From the NCBI GenBank assembly GCA_963721805.1, contig CAVRJY010000001.1, forward strand, positions 192,001 to 256,000: DNA of 64,000 nucleotides, written 5' to 3'. Numbering within the stretch: position 1 is the first letter of the stretch; every line of letters begins with the position of its first letter. Origin of the DNA: Nitrospirota bacterium. GTDB lineage: Bacteria; Nitrospirota; Thermodesulfovibrionia; Thermodesulfovibrionales; JdFR-86. The position numbers and the translations under genes are program-made. A model generated the notes under the pieces. The model saw only the letters and a program-made list of their open reading frames with translations. It was not told the DNA's origin and did no database searches. Below are positions 1 through 9,472 of this stretch, piece by piece.

Positions 1-1122
1 TCGGCATTCGGCCGTCCGATAGACCTCCGCGCGCTCAAGCCCTCGGTAGCCATGCCGATAGAGGTGTATCCCTCGGACGTGCCGATAGAGCGCAAGGTGG
101 CGCTTATACGCAGCGCCGATGCTGCCGCGCGTGCGGTGGACAGCGCGGTGCGCCAGGTCATAGTGATCTACCGCGATTCCGTCCAGACGGTGCGCATCGG
201 AAACTCTCTGGGCGCGCTGGTCGACGACGAGCGCGTGCAGCTGACCGGGATCGTCCAGGTAGTGGCCGAACGTGGCGGGGTCGTCCAGACCGGGTATGAC
301 ACAGTTGGCGGACATACCGGATTTGAGATATTCGGCCGCGAGCCCTTGGAGGCCGCGGCAGAGCGCGCCGCGCGCCGCGCGGTCGCGATGCTCTCGGCAC
401 GGCGCGCTCCGGGAGGGCGGATGCCGGTAGTGATATCGTCCGAGGCCGGGGGCACGATGGTCCACGAGGCCATAGGCCACGGTCTGGAGGCGGACCTCGC
501 CGGACAGGGGCTCTCGAAATACTCGGGCATGCTAGGCGCTCAGGTCGCATCGAAGCTGGTCACCGTGATAGACGACGCAACGCTCCCCGGCCACCGGGGC
601 TCATACGCGTTTGACGACGAGGCTACGCCGTCAGGGCGCACCGTGCTCGTAAAAGACGGCGTGCTCACCGGATATATGTATGACCGCCTGAGCGCGAAAA
701 GGGATGGAGCTTCACCGACCGGAAACGGACGGCGCGAGTCATACCAGAGCAGGCCTATCCCGCGCATGTCCAACACCTTCATAGCGCCCGGTGCGTCCGC
801 GCCGGACGAGATCCTGCGCTCGACGCACTCCGGGCTGTTTGTGCGCAAGATGGGCGGTGGGCAGGTCAACACCGTCACCGGCGAGTTCGTCTTCGACGTG
901 ATGGAGGGCTACCTGATCGAGGGCGGCCGGATCGGGGAGCTCGTGCGCGGGGCCACGCTTACGGGAAGCGGCCCGGACATCCTCCGCTCTATAGACATGG
1001 TCGGCACCGACCTGGGGTTCTCTATCGGCACCTGCGGCAAGGACTCCCAGGGCGTACCCGTATCGGACGCGATGCCGACCGTCCGCATCCCGGATATGGT
1101 CGTTGGCGGCGAGGTCGCCTAG
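1..1122 (+). CDS. tldD: TldD/PmbA family metalloprotease (5' end outside window)
   Basis: Frame is open from base 1. HEAIGHGLEAD zinc motif, PRMSNT and CGKDSQGVPV motifs. Confidence 0.93.
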   Translation, partial: SAFGRPIDLRALKPSVAMPIEVYPSDVPIERKVALIRSADAAARAVDSAVRQVIVIYRDSVQTVRIGNSLGALVDDERVQLTGIVQVVAERGGVVQTGYDTVGGHTGFEIFGREPLEAAAERAARRAVAMLSARRAPGGRMPVVISSEAGGTMVHEAIGHGLEADLAGQGLSKYSGMLGAQVASKLVTVIDDATLPGHRGSYAFDDEATPSGRTVLVKDGVLTGYMYDRLSAKRDGASPTGNGRRESYQSRPIPRMSNTFIAPGASAPDEILRSTHSGLFVRKMGGGQVNTVTGEFVFDVMEGYLIEGGRIGELVRGATLTGSGPDILRSIDMVGTDLGFSIGTCGKDSQGVPVSDAMPTVRIPDMVVGGEVA

Positions 1123-1142
1123 CCCTAACAAGACTTTGAGAC

Positions 1143-1160
1143 TGTTGCATAATTGCAACA
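1143..1160. promoter_or_regulatory. Inverted repeat TGTTGCA-TAAT-TGCAACA, candidate enhancer-binding-protein site
   Basis: Perfect 7-bp arms about 60-80 bp upstream of a sigma54 promoter. Confidence 0.55.
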
Positions 1161-1221
1161 TTAGAATATTCCTGGCTACAGTCGCCCTGAAAATAATCCT
1201 TTAATATCAAGCGGAACACTC

Positions 1222-1237
1222 TGGCACGTCAATTGCA
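1222..1237 (+). promoter_or_regulatory. sigma54 -24/-12 promoter of lpxC
   Basis: TGGCAC-GTCAA-TTGCA, exact consensus and spacing. Confidence 0.8.
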
Positions 1238-1252
1238 CTCTATAAACCGATC

Positions 1253-2131
1253 ATGCAACTTCAGAGGACCATAAAGGGAGAGATCGCGTTTGAGGGGCCG
1301 GGGCTTCACACCGGCCGGCAGGTGAGCATGAGGCTCCGGCCGGCACCCCGCGATACGGGAATCGTATTCCGCAGGCTCGACAAGGGAGTCACGATCCGCG
1401 CCACCCTCTCCGCCGTATCCGACACGTCGTTTGCGACCACGATCAGCTCCGGCGGCGCGAACATCAAGACCGTCGAGCACCTGCTGGCCGCCGCGGCCGG
1501 GCTCGGGGTCGACAATATGCAGGTGGAACTCAACGGCCCCGAGGTCCCGATCATGGACGGCAGCTCGACCGCGTTTGCAGAGGGCATACTCAAGGCGGGG
1601 ATCGCCAAGCAGGCCTCCAACAGGCCGTACATCAGGATCACCAAGCCGGTCTACTTCAGCGAGGGCAAGGCCGAGATCGCGGTCGTCCCGTACGAGGGCC
1701 GCAGGATCAGCTACCACATAGCCTTCAACCATAGCATGGTCGGCGAGCAGCGCCTCTCGATTGACCTCTCCTCCGAGACGTTCATGGAAGAGCTGGCCCC
1801 GGCGCGCACCTTCGGGTTTCTGAAGGACGTCGAGTACCTCAAGTCCATGGGCCTCGCCAAGGGCGGCTCGCTTGAAAACGCGATCCTCTTAAGCGAGACC
1901 GGCGTGCTGAACGCCTCGGGCCTCAGGTTCCGCGACGAGTTCATCCGCCACAAGGTCCTGGACTTCGTCGGCGACATCTCGCTAGTCGGTTTCCCGGTCA
2001 TGGGCCATTTCATCGTATCGCGTTCGGGGCACTCCTCGAACATCAAGTTCCTGCACACGCTCCTTGGCTCCCGCGACGCATGGGAGATCGTCACCGGCGT
2101 GGGCGACGCGATGCGCGCCGCGATAGCCTGA
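1253..2131 (+). CDS. lpxC: UDP-3-O-acyl-N-acetylglucosamine deacetylase
   Basis: QRTI..GLHTG, TVEHLLAA, MDGSS, ARTFGF and RHKVLD motifs. Confidence 0.97.
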   Translation: MQLQRTIKGEIAFEGPGLHTGRQVSMRLRPAPRDTGIVFRRLDKGVTIRATLSAVSDTSFATTISSGGANIKTVEHLLAAAAGLGVDNMQVELNGPEVPIMDGSSTAFAEGILKAGIAKQASNRPYIRITKPVYFSEGKAEIAVVPYEGRRISYHIAFNHSMVGEQRLSIDLSSETFMEELAPARTFGFLKDVEYLKSMGLAKGGSLENAILLSETGVLNASGLRFRDEFIRHKVLDFVGDISLVGFPVMGHFIVSRSGHSSNIKFLHTLLGSRDAWEIVTGVGDAMRAAIA

Positions 2132-2282
2132 GCCCCCTCCGCCCGGGGCATCCAGGGGCGAATCTCAAGACGATTCAAGGCAATTCAGGGGATCGGTGTC
2201 TGTAGAAAAAACATTATAAATCAATAAGCTGGCTGCAGCAGTTGATTTTTAACAGGGCAAAGCCAGAAAATATCAGTGTCTC

Positions 2283-2331
2283 AAAAAAGAGAGGGCTGGG
2301 GAAAGCGTCATAAAAAGCGCTTCCCCAGCCC
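2283..2331 (-). terminator. Intrinsic terminator of the small Lys/Ala-rich ORF
   Basis: GGGCTGGGGAA/TTCCCCAGCCC stem followed on the minus strand by TCTCTTTTTT. Confidence 0.75.
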
Positions 2332-2337
2332 GAGCGT

Positions 2338-2457
2338 TTACTTCTTCTTCGTTGCCTTCTTCACAGTCTTCTTCACAGCAGCCTTCTTCGGAGCAGCCTT
2401 TTTCGCGGCAGCCTTCTTCGGGGCAGCCTTCTTCGTCGTCGTCTTCTTTACCGCCAT
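2338..2457 (-). CDS. 39-aa histone H1-like Lys/Ala-rich protein (not in ORF track)
   Basis: MAVKKTTTKKAAPKKAAAKKAAPKKAAVKKTVKKATKKK. Strong SD AAAGGAGGTGA upstream and terminator downstream. Confidence 0.85.
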   Translation of the reverse strand: MAVKKTTTKKAAPKKAAAKKAAPKKAAVKKTVKKATKKK

Positions 2458-2506
2458 TTGTCAGTCACCTCCTTTCCAATCCCCCCACGATGGGGGAACC
2501 CGAATT

Positions 2507-3052
2507 TCAAGCCCTGCCCAAAAGGGATATCCTTTTACCCGCGGTTATGCGCGCGAGCATTGGGTCCTTCTTACGCCTCTTCGACCTGTACTCCTCCTCG
2601 TCCATCTCGATCCAGGTGATCGTGCGGCCGAACTTGCGCTCGAGGTCCTTGAACTCCCGGACCGGTGAGCTCTGCGCCCCCATCACGAGCAGCGTGACCT
2701 CCGGGGCGTCGTCGTCTTCCGCATATGGGCCATAGATGAAGGCCGCCTTGGCGCCGGCCGCGCGCAGCACGGCGCGCAGGGCGCCCGGCAGGCCGAGCGA
2801 TTTAGTGATCAGGTTTTTGAGTTCGGCGTATAGCGGGCTTTCGATGTCGGCCTGGAAATATCTGAGGTTCGCGACGCGCTCGCTGCGCAAGATCCCGGAC
2901 TGCTCCAGATTGTCGAGTTCGCGCTTGATGACCGAGGGGTTTTTTCGGAGGATACCCGCCACCTCCCGGATGTAGAACATCTCATCAGGGCTGTTGAGCA
3001 GTAACGAGAGCACCTCTGCCCTCGTGGATGATGAAAATAGGCTCTTCAGCAT
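2507..3052 (-). CDS. Winged-HTH protein fused to a degenerate minimal nucleotidyltransferase domain
   Basis: LFSSSTRAEVL..FYIREVA..RELDNLE wHTH. The C-terminal AFIYGPYA..EVTLLVMG resembles MNT GS..DxD but is degenerate. Confidence 0.7.
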   Translation of the reverse strand: MLKSLFSSSTRAEVLSLLLNSPDEMFYIREVAGILRKNPSVIKRELDNLEQSGILRSERVANLRYFQADIESPLYAELKNLITKSLGLPGALRAVLRAAGAKAAFIYGPYAEDDDAPEVTLLVMGAQSSPVREFKDLERKFGRTITWIEMDEEEYRSKRRKKDPMLARITAGKRISLLGRA

Positions 3053-3215
3053 CTTCCTTACGCCTAAGATAACATACCGCAAAAGGGTTGTCAAGAGAAA
3101 AGTGCACTTTAAGAACAGATGATGCTAAAAGTGAAACGATTTTGAATTGAATACGTTAGGAGCCAGATTGAGAACGATCAGGTAAAGGTAACGATCGTTT
3201 CAATTATGGATACGA

Positions 3216-4046
3216 TCATCGAAGGAGAGAGCGGGCCGCGGCGAGGTTGCGCAGGTCGTCCCCGTCGCCCTCCTTCGGGGTCTCGAGCACCAGCGGCACG
3301 CCCGCGAAAGCCCGGTGCGCAATGGTTTCCCTCAAGGCATCAATTCCGATCGTGCCCTCCCCGATGCCCGCGTGGCGGTCAGCGCCCGAGCCCGAAGCGG
3401 CGCGCGAGTCGTTGAGGTGCACGAGCCTTATCAGAGAGAGCCCGACGCTCCTGCCGAGTTCCGAGCCGAGCCGCTCTATCCCCCCCGCCCTGAGGTCGTA
3501 CCCGGCGGCGTGCGCGTGGCAGGTGTCGATGCAGACCCCGGCGGCCGCGCCCTGTGCGCCATCAAGGATTTCAGCGAGGTCGGCCGGGGTGGTCGCGATG
3601 TCGCCACGCTTGCCCGATGTGTTCTCGACCAGCAGCCCGGAGCGAAGCGCCAGCCCGGCCATCGCCTCCCTGATGCTCCGCGCGGCGCGAGGGCGGCCCT
3701 CGGCGTCATGCGTGCTCCCGGCGTGCAGCACGACGTACTCGGCCCCTATGGCCTCGGCCCGCAGCATCTCTTCGCGCAGCAACGAGACGGACTTTATCCG
3801 CAGCTCTTCGTTTGAGGATGCGATATTAATCAGGTAAGAGGCGTGCACGTATACGGGCGAGATGTCGAGCTTCGCCCTCTCGGAGCGAAACGTACCCGCC
3901 TCCTCGGGGCTTACAGGCGCGAGCGCCCACTGCCGCGGGCTGTGCGAGAAGATCTGCATGCAGGTGCAGCCGAGCGCGGCGGCCCTCGCCGGGGCGAGGC
4001 TGACCCCGCCCGCTATCGAGACGTGCACGCCTATGCGCCGCTTCAT
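3216..4046 (-). CDS. nfo: Endonuclease IV
   Basis: IGVHVSIAGG, HASYLINIAS, CIDTCH, HLNDS, DRH and LETP motifs. Start overlaps the priA stop. Confidence 0.93.
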   Translation of the reverse strand: MKRRIGVHVSIAGGVSLAPARAAALGCTCMQIFSHSPRQWALAPVSPEEAGTFRSERAKLDISPVYVHASYLINIASSNEELRIKSVSLLREEMLRAEAIGAEYVVLHAGSTHDAEGRPRAARSIREAMAGLALRSGLLVENTSGKRGDIATTPADLAEILDGAQGAAAGVCIDTCHAHAAGYDLRAGGIERLGSELGRSVGLSLIRLVHLNDSRAASGSGADRHAGIGEGTIGIDALRETIAHRAFAGVPLVLETPKEGDGDDLRNLAAARSLLR

Positions 4047-5872
4047 ACGTATGCCGGGTCGATGTCTATGGTGCATGGCCCGGCGGCCGTGGCTATGGCG
4101 GAGACCGCGCGGCGCAGCGCCACGCGCGACGGGGCCTTGACGAGCAGCTTCCACCGCCCGCCGCGCTCTGGTAGCGGGCCCAGGACCTCCGCGCCCCTGA
4201 CCTCGGGCAGCGCCTCGGGGTGGTCTATCCTCAGGACCGCGAGCTTCCAAAACGGCGGATACCCGTGCTCCTGGCGGGCGGACAGTTCTTCCTTATAGAA
4301 GCCCTCGCGGTCGAACCGCTTGAGGTGCCCAAAGATGCGCGCTCCTGAAAACCGGCTCTGCAGCACGATCCTGCCGGTGGGAGAAAGGGCGTCGGCCGCG
4401 TGCAGGAGGTCGCAGTACGCGCGCTCCGTGGCGCGGAAGTCAGGTATGTGCATGTACGAATCAGCGTTCAGTACCGCAATGAGATTAAAACCCTCTTCGC
4501 CGGTCTCCTGCCTTAGCGCCATCTTCGAGCCCACGGCGAAGACGCCGTGGCCCGAGGCCGTCAGCGCCTCGACCGATGAGTGCTCGTCGCCGGGCTTGAG
4601 GTGCACGGGGTTTAGAGCCGCGAGCTCGTCCTCTATGCGTTCGAGCCCGACGCCCGCGGGCTCGATGATCCCGCCGCACGCCGGGCAGGTCTCGGGCGGC
4701 TCGGCCTCGTGGCCGCAAAGCGTGCACCTTAGCGCGCGGCGCGCCCTCTTAGTGTACTCAAGCCCCACGCCGCAGGTTGGGCACTCGGGCATCTGGCCGC
4801 AGTCCGCGCACCGGAGCATCGAGTACCCCATGCGCCGGATTACGAAGAGCACGCGGCCCCCGCGCCTGATCTCGGCCTCGGCCATCGCGCGCAACCTCGG
4901 CGCGATGCCGCCCCTGGCCGAGCGCGTAGGAAGCAGGCTCACCTCAGGCCGCCTGGGCGCGGGGCTCTTGGGGACGACCAGGGCGTACTTCCCGCGTTCG
5001 GCGTTGTGGTATGACTCCAGGGACGGGCAGATCGAGCTCAGGAGCACCGGTATGTGTTCGAGGTACCCGCGCATCACGGCCGCGTCGCGCGCGTTGAACC
5101 TGATGCCGCCCTCGTCCTTATATGACGCGCTCTCCTCCGAGAGCACCGCTATGAGCGATGGCGCAGCGGCCGGGGCGAACGCCCCGAGCCTGCTCCCTAC
5201 GACCACCCGCGCCCCGTCCATCGAGCGGAGCGCGTCCGAGCGCTTGCCGGCCGAGAGCCCGCTGTGGTACGCGACGACCCCCTCAAACGAGCCGCGCAGA
5301 AGCTCGGCCACGTGCTCGGCGCGGCCTATGTCGGGCGCCAGCACGAGTGCGGGGCCCGCTTCACCGGCCGCCGCGATGGCCTCGGCCAGAAACCCGTGCT
5401 CGTACGCGCCCGATGGGGCCTCGAGCAGATACGTCCTGTAAGCGCGGCGCTTTGCGTACTGCGAGATCGAGGCGAGGGCGAGGGCGGCCTCCTTATCCGG
5501 CGTAAACGCGCTGTAGTGCGGAGGGGCATGGGCGCGTATCTTCTTAGCCGCGCGCGCCTTGGCCGGCCTGAAGAACTCCTTCGGGAAGATGCTCTTAAGC
5601 ACCATGCCCTCCGTGGTCATGTAGTATTCCGCGAGCCATCCTATCAGGCTGACCGTCGCATGGCTTAATAGCGGCGCGTCCTCGACAGCGCAGCGAATAG
5701 ATCTGAGCTTCATCCCGGCCGGGGCCGAGCCTGCTCTCAGCACGATGCCGCGGCTGACCGAGCGCTTAAGCGGGGCCTCCACCACCATGCCCGGCTCAAT
5801 CCGCAGCCCCGGAGGGACTATATATGTAAGCGCCCCAAGCTGCTGGGGGAACGCTATGTCCGCGAACTCCAT
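4043..5872 (-). CDS. priA: Primosomal protein N'
   Basis: N-terminal LTY..P domain, ARDAAVMR, four CxxC pairs, PDFRATER and GYPPF. Helicase motifs are degenerate. Confidence 0.88.
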   Translation of the reverse strand: MEFADIAFPQQLGALTYIVPPGLRIEPGMVVEAPLKRSVSRGIVLRAGSAPAGMKLRSIRCAVEDAPLLSHATVSLIGWLAEYYMTTEGMVLKSIFPKEFFRPAKARAAKKIRAHAPPHYSAFTPDKEAALALASISQYAKRRAYRTYLLEAPSGAYEHGFLAEAIAAAGEAGPALVLAPDIGRAEHVAELLRGSFEGVVAYHSGLSAGKRSDALRSMDGARVVVGSRLGAFAPAAAPSLIAVLSEESASYKDEGGIRFNARDAAVMRGYLEHIPVLLSSICPSLESYHNAERGKYALVVPKSPAPRRPEVSLLPTRSARGGIAPRLRAMAEAEIRRGGRVLFVIRRMGYSMLRCADCGQMPECPTCGVGLEYTKRARRALRCTLCGHEAEPPETCPACGGIIEPAGVGLERIEDELAALNPVHLKPGDEHSSVEALTASGHGVFAVGSKMALRQETGEEGFNLIAVLNADSYMHIPDFRATERAYCDLLHAADALSPTGRIVLQSRFSGARIFGHLKRFDREGFYKEELSARQEHGYPPFWKLAVLRIDHPEALPEVRGAEVLGPLPERGGRWKLLVKAPSRVALRRAVSAIATAAGPCTIDIDPAYV

Positions 5873-6207
5873 AAGAAGATTTTAACACGCAGGGTGCAAT
5901 GGACACTTTTTCCAATTTCAGGGTTTCTCCACGGCACGAGAGGTGGCGGGGGAACCCGCTCACTTATAAATAATGCCCTTGACCGCGGGGCTGGGGCGGA
6001 AGCGTTTCGTATATGAACGCCTTTTTTGCGCTTTCTTCATATGTTCTTCATTGCATTGTTTGTAAAATTATTGTGCTGTTTAATGGGAATTCATATGAGA
6101 TAAAGGATTTCCATCACGCTAAGTTATGGGTTGTGGCTTTTTTTCATGCCCGGAAGGTTTGGGGTAACGGTTTTATAATCGGCCTGTGTGCCAAGGAGAC
6201 AGCTTAG

Positions 6208-7233
6208 ATGTACAGAAAAACAATGATGGTCTTAACCCTGCTTATTGCCTTGACAATGGCCTTATCGGCTACCTCGTCGATGGCGATGGCGATGGGCGGC
6301 ATGGGCGGCGGGACCGGCGGGACCGGCGGCACCGGTGGCATGGGCGGCATGGGTGGCAATGTCGGCAACGGCGGCATGGGCGGCACCAACGCGTGCATCC
6401 CGAGCGGACTGGCGGCGATGACCTCCTGCAAGCTGGACGCACAGAGTTCCTATGCCCTCGATCTTGCCAATTGCAAGAACCTCACCAAGACTGACCAGCC
6501 CATGTGCAAGCAGGAGGCTTCGACGGCACAGAAGAATTCGATGCGGGCGTGCAACAGCCAGATGGCCGCCAGAATGTCACAATGCGGCTGGATGGGCAAC
6601 TACGGGTATGCCCCGGTGATGAACTCAGCGGATTTCGTACAGGACGTAACCAACCCGTTCATGCCGCTCGTGCCCGGCACGACCTTCATGTATAACGGCG
6701 CTACCTCGGGCGGCCTCAAGCAGATGGAGTTCAATGTGACCGGCAACACGAGCGTCATCCTCGGCGTCACAACCACCGAGGTCGATGTCAAGACCTCCGT
6801 GGCCGGCAACATGACCGAGAATGACACCGAATGGTTCGCGCAAGACACGACCGGTAACGTCTGGCTCTTCGGCAAGAACGCAAACCAGATGTCCGACGGC
6901 CTCGTCGTCGGGGTCGCAGGCTCATGGACCGCCGGAGTCGGCGGGGCCATGCCGGGCATCGTAATGGAGGCCACCCCCACGCTGGGCAATGCGTATCGGC
7001 AGGACTTCTCCATAGGCATGGCCGAGGACATGGCCACGGTCATGAGCATCACCGAGTCCGTCTCAGTGCCGTATGGATCGTGGGCCAACTGCCTGAAGAC
7101 CTCCGAGACCACCCCTCTTGCTCCGTCAGCCCAGAGGTATATGTACTACTGCTCAGGCGTCGGCAACGTGCAGATGGAAAACGCGGCGTCCGGCGATACA
7201 CTGCAGCTTATCACCGTCACCACCGGCCCATAA
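6208..7233 (+). CDS. Secreted hypothetical protein with Gly/Met-rich linker and Cys-rich region
   Basis: Signal peptide, GGM/GGT repeats, six-Cys segment and NPFMPLVPG..WFAQD..GNVW domain. AGGAG SD upstream. Confidence 0.75.
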   Translation: MYRKTMMVLTLLIALTMALSATSSMAMAMGGMGGGTGGTGGTGGMGGMGGNVGNGGMGGTNACIPSGLAAMTSCKLDAQSSYALDLANCKNLTKTDQPMCKQEASTAQKNSMRACNSQMAARMSQCGWMGNYGYAPVMNSADFVQDVTNPFMPLVPGTTFMYNGATSGGLKQMEFNVTGNTSVILGVTTTEVDVKTSVAGNMTENDTEWFAQDTTGNVWLFGKNANQMSDGLVVGVAGSWTAGVGGAMPGIVMEATPTLGNAYRQDFSIGMAEDMATVMSITESVSVPYGSWANCLKTSETTPLAPSAQRYMYYCSGVGNVQMENAASGDTLQLITVTTGP

Positions 7234-7255
7234 AGAAAAAGGCTTCTCGTTACAC

Positions 7256-7286
7256 AAGCGTCGGGGGCTCAGTCCCCCGACGCTTT
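7256..7286 (+). terminator. Hairpin, probable terminator
   Basis: AAGCGTCGGGGG-CTCAGT-CCCCCGACGCTT 12-bp stem after the stop codon. Confidence 0.6.
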
Positions 7287-7389
7287 CCCTCCTCAAAATC
7301 TAATGCCTTCCCCATACCCCTGTTGCGGCCTCGCGTAAGAAATGATAGTATTTGGCAGGGAGAAACCTAAACCACAGGAGGAACGGCTT

Positions 7390-7860
7390 ATGTTTAGTTT
7401 GAGGCCATTGAAGGGGCGTCTAACGGTTTTCACATTGATTGCGGTGCTGCTGCTTCAGCTCGCGGCATGCGGAACGATCCTCTATCCTGAGCGCAGGGGC
7501 CAGCGCAGCGGCACAGTGGACATCGGGGTCGCGGTTCTTGACGGCATCGGGGTCGTACTCTTCGTGATCCCCGGGCTTATCGCCTATGCGATAGACTTCT
7601 CGACCGGGGCGATATACCTGCCGGGCGGCAGCAGGTCGTCCAATGGGATCGGCACTGACCTCACCGTGATAAATGTTCCCCCGGCTGAACTCACCCCTGA
7701 GAGGATCAGACAGGTAGTGCTCGCTCAGACCGGTGTTGATGTGGATCCGAGCTCGCAGCGCGTGCTGCAATATTCAGCCAAGTATGCCGACCTGCACAGT
7801 CTGGCGCAGGCGATAAACAGCGGCGGCTCGAGGCTCGCATTCGGGATAGCCTCCCACTAG
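7390..7860 (+). CDS. Hypothetical lipoprotein / membrane protein
   Basis: AGGAGG SD, lipobox LAAC, GTILYPERRGQ, hydrophobic hairpin. Confidence 0.75.
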   Translation: MFSLRPLKGRLTVFTLIAVLLLQLAACGTILYPERRGQRSGTVDIGVAVLDGIGVVLFVIPGLIAYAIDFSTGAIYLPGGSRSSNGIGTDLTVINVPPAELTPERIRQVVLAQTGVDVDPSSQRVLQYSAKYADLHSLAQAINSGGSRLAFGIASH

Positions 7861-7889
7861 GTGTGCCGGGGTCGACTGGGCCCCACTCT

Positions 7890-9446
7890 TCATAAGATAT
7901 AATGGCCTCCGTGGCCGGGCAATACGGTCACGGGGGCCTTCCTTTGCCCCGCGAGAGCGGCGAGCGCCGATCTCAGGGCCCCGGACTCCTCGTTATATAG
8001 CGCGGGGTCGGTGTTAGGGTTCGTAAGCAGGTACTTATAGATCCCGAGCTGCTCGCGGTCTCTGGGCATCAGCGTGGCGGGGTTTATCAGGTAGTCCGAG
8101 GTAAAAACCCAGCCGCAGGCGCGGCAGAGATAGAACACCAGCCCCGGCGCATGGCCCCCGCGGCTCTCTATGACCTCGAACTCAAGCGGCCCGAACTCAA
8201 ACCGGCCGATGATTTTGAAGCCCCCGAAGGCCACATGGTGGCCCTCTTCAGCCGCCCAGTATGCCGGGTGCTCCGGGAAGGCGCACCCCGTAATCCGGAT
8301 AGACAGGCGCGTGTAGTACTTGTTGAGCTCAAACAGCCGCCCGCTCGTACCGTGGGCGCGGTTGAGGCTCTCCATCACGTCGCGGCCGCCGCGGTGCATC
8401 CAGATCTCCGCGCCGTTTTCGGCCTCGAACCTGCCTGCCATCCCGATGTGGTCGGTGTCCGGGTGGGTGACGAACACGCGCCTGACCGCCGAGGGCTTAT
8501 GCCCGCGCTCGCGGAGCGCCCGCTTGAAGTCCTCGTAATATATGCCGTGGCCCGCGTCGATCAGGGCCAGCTCGCCGCCCTCGCGGCTCAGGAGGTAGAC
8601 GTTCTCGCTCGTGGGCAGGCGTATGCCCTCCACCGTGACGCCCTGGCACGCGAGCGGCTCCATCCACTGCGCGACGAAGCGGTCTCCGACCTGCCCGCGT
8701 GCGCGCGAGGCCATCGCGAGCACCTTCTCGAAGACCTCCGATGCGTCGAGGTCGCGGCCGGCCTCCTCGTAGAACCCCACGAGGTCGCGGTATAGCTCGC
8801 CCGAGGAGCGCACGAGGCTTCGGACGTCCCCGGCGTCCTCGGCCCCGAGTATGGCCTTCAGGCGGATGAAGAACCGCTCGGTGAGCTTCAGCCCTATGGC
8901 GCGCTTGACCTCGCCGTCCCCGTCCGCGCCGCGATATAGCACGCGGTAGTGATATCCGCGCTGGTTCAGGGCGTCCAGGATCGTGTCGATCTCCGGGGGC
9001 GAGGGCGCGGCCATCGCGACGTCCGCGCTGTCCGGGGTGATCTCGTCGTCATAGAGCATGTAGGTGATGTTGGCCTCATGGGATTTGAGCACTGCGGCGA
9101 ACTCGGCGAGCGATCCGGGGCGGTCCTCGAGCTTGACGCTTATCTCGAACACACCCTCGGCCGTCGTGAGCGAGGGCTCCTCGTCAGAGGCCGCGGCATA
9201 GCCCTCCGAGGCGATCTGCTTCATAAGGGCATCGAGGCCGTCCGCAGAATCGAACTCGGCCTCGACCGCGATGCGCGTTGAGTCGACCGAGCGGTCGTAG
9301 TGGAAGAACTCGATGTTGCCACCGGCGGAGGCTAGCAGGGAGGCGAAGCCCGCCAGGGAGCCCGGCCTGTCAGGAAGGGATACTCGTAACTTCAACAAAA
9401 GCCCCTCGCCATTTATTCTTTTGTATGCCCGGATGGGTTCACTCAT
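7890..9446 (-). CDS. Tandem ACT domains fused to an MBL-fold metallo-hydrolase
   Basis: Two DRPGSLA ACT motifs. THPDTDHIG, GGHAPG, FTSD and PGHG MBL motifs. Confidence 0.85.
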   Translation of the reverse strand: MSEPIRAYKRINGEGLLLKLRVSLPDRPGSLAGFASLLASAGGNIEFFHYDRSVDSTRIAVEAEFDSADGLDALMKQIASEGYAAASDEEPSLTTAEGVFEISVKLEDRPGSLAEFAAVLKSHEANITYMLYDDEITPDSADVAMAAPSPPEIDTILDALNQRGYHYRVLYRGADGDGEVKRAIGLKLTERFFIRLKAILGAEDAGDVRSLVRSSGELYRDLVGFYEEAGRDLDASEVFEKVLAMASRARGQVGDRFVAQWMEPLACQGVTVEGIRLPTSENVYLLSREGGELALIDAGHGIYYEDFKRALRERGHKPSAVRRVFVTHPDTDHIGMAGRFEAENGAEIWMHRGGRDVMESLNRAHGTSGRLFELNKYYTRLSIRITGCAFPEHPAYWAAEEGHHVAFGGFKIIGRFEFGPLEFEVIESRGGHAPGLVFYLCRACGWVFTSDYLINPATLMPRDREQLGIYKYLLTNPNTDPALYNEESGALRSALAALAGQRKAPVTVLPGHGGHYIL

Positions 9447-9472
9447 AAGTAATCCCCATTGTGGCATTTGCC

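Noticed and set aside
2140..2280. AT-rich intergenic stretch with AAATCAA/TTGATTT arms
   Set aside because: It is single-copy with a weak palindrome, and no function can be supported.
5972..6000. AATGCCCTTGACC plus G-rich run resembling the element tail
   Set aside because: No hairpin body follows. It is too short to separate from chance or a -35 box.
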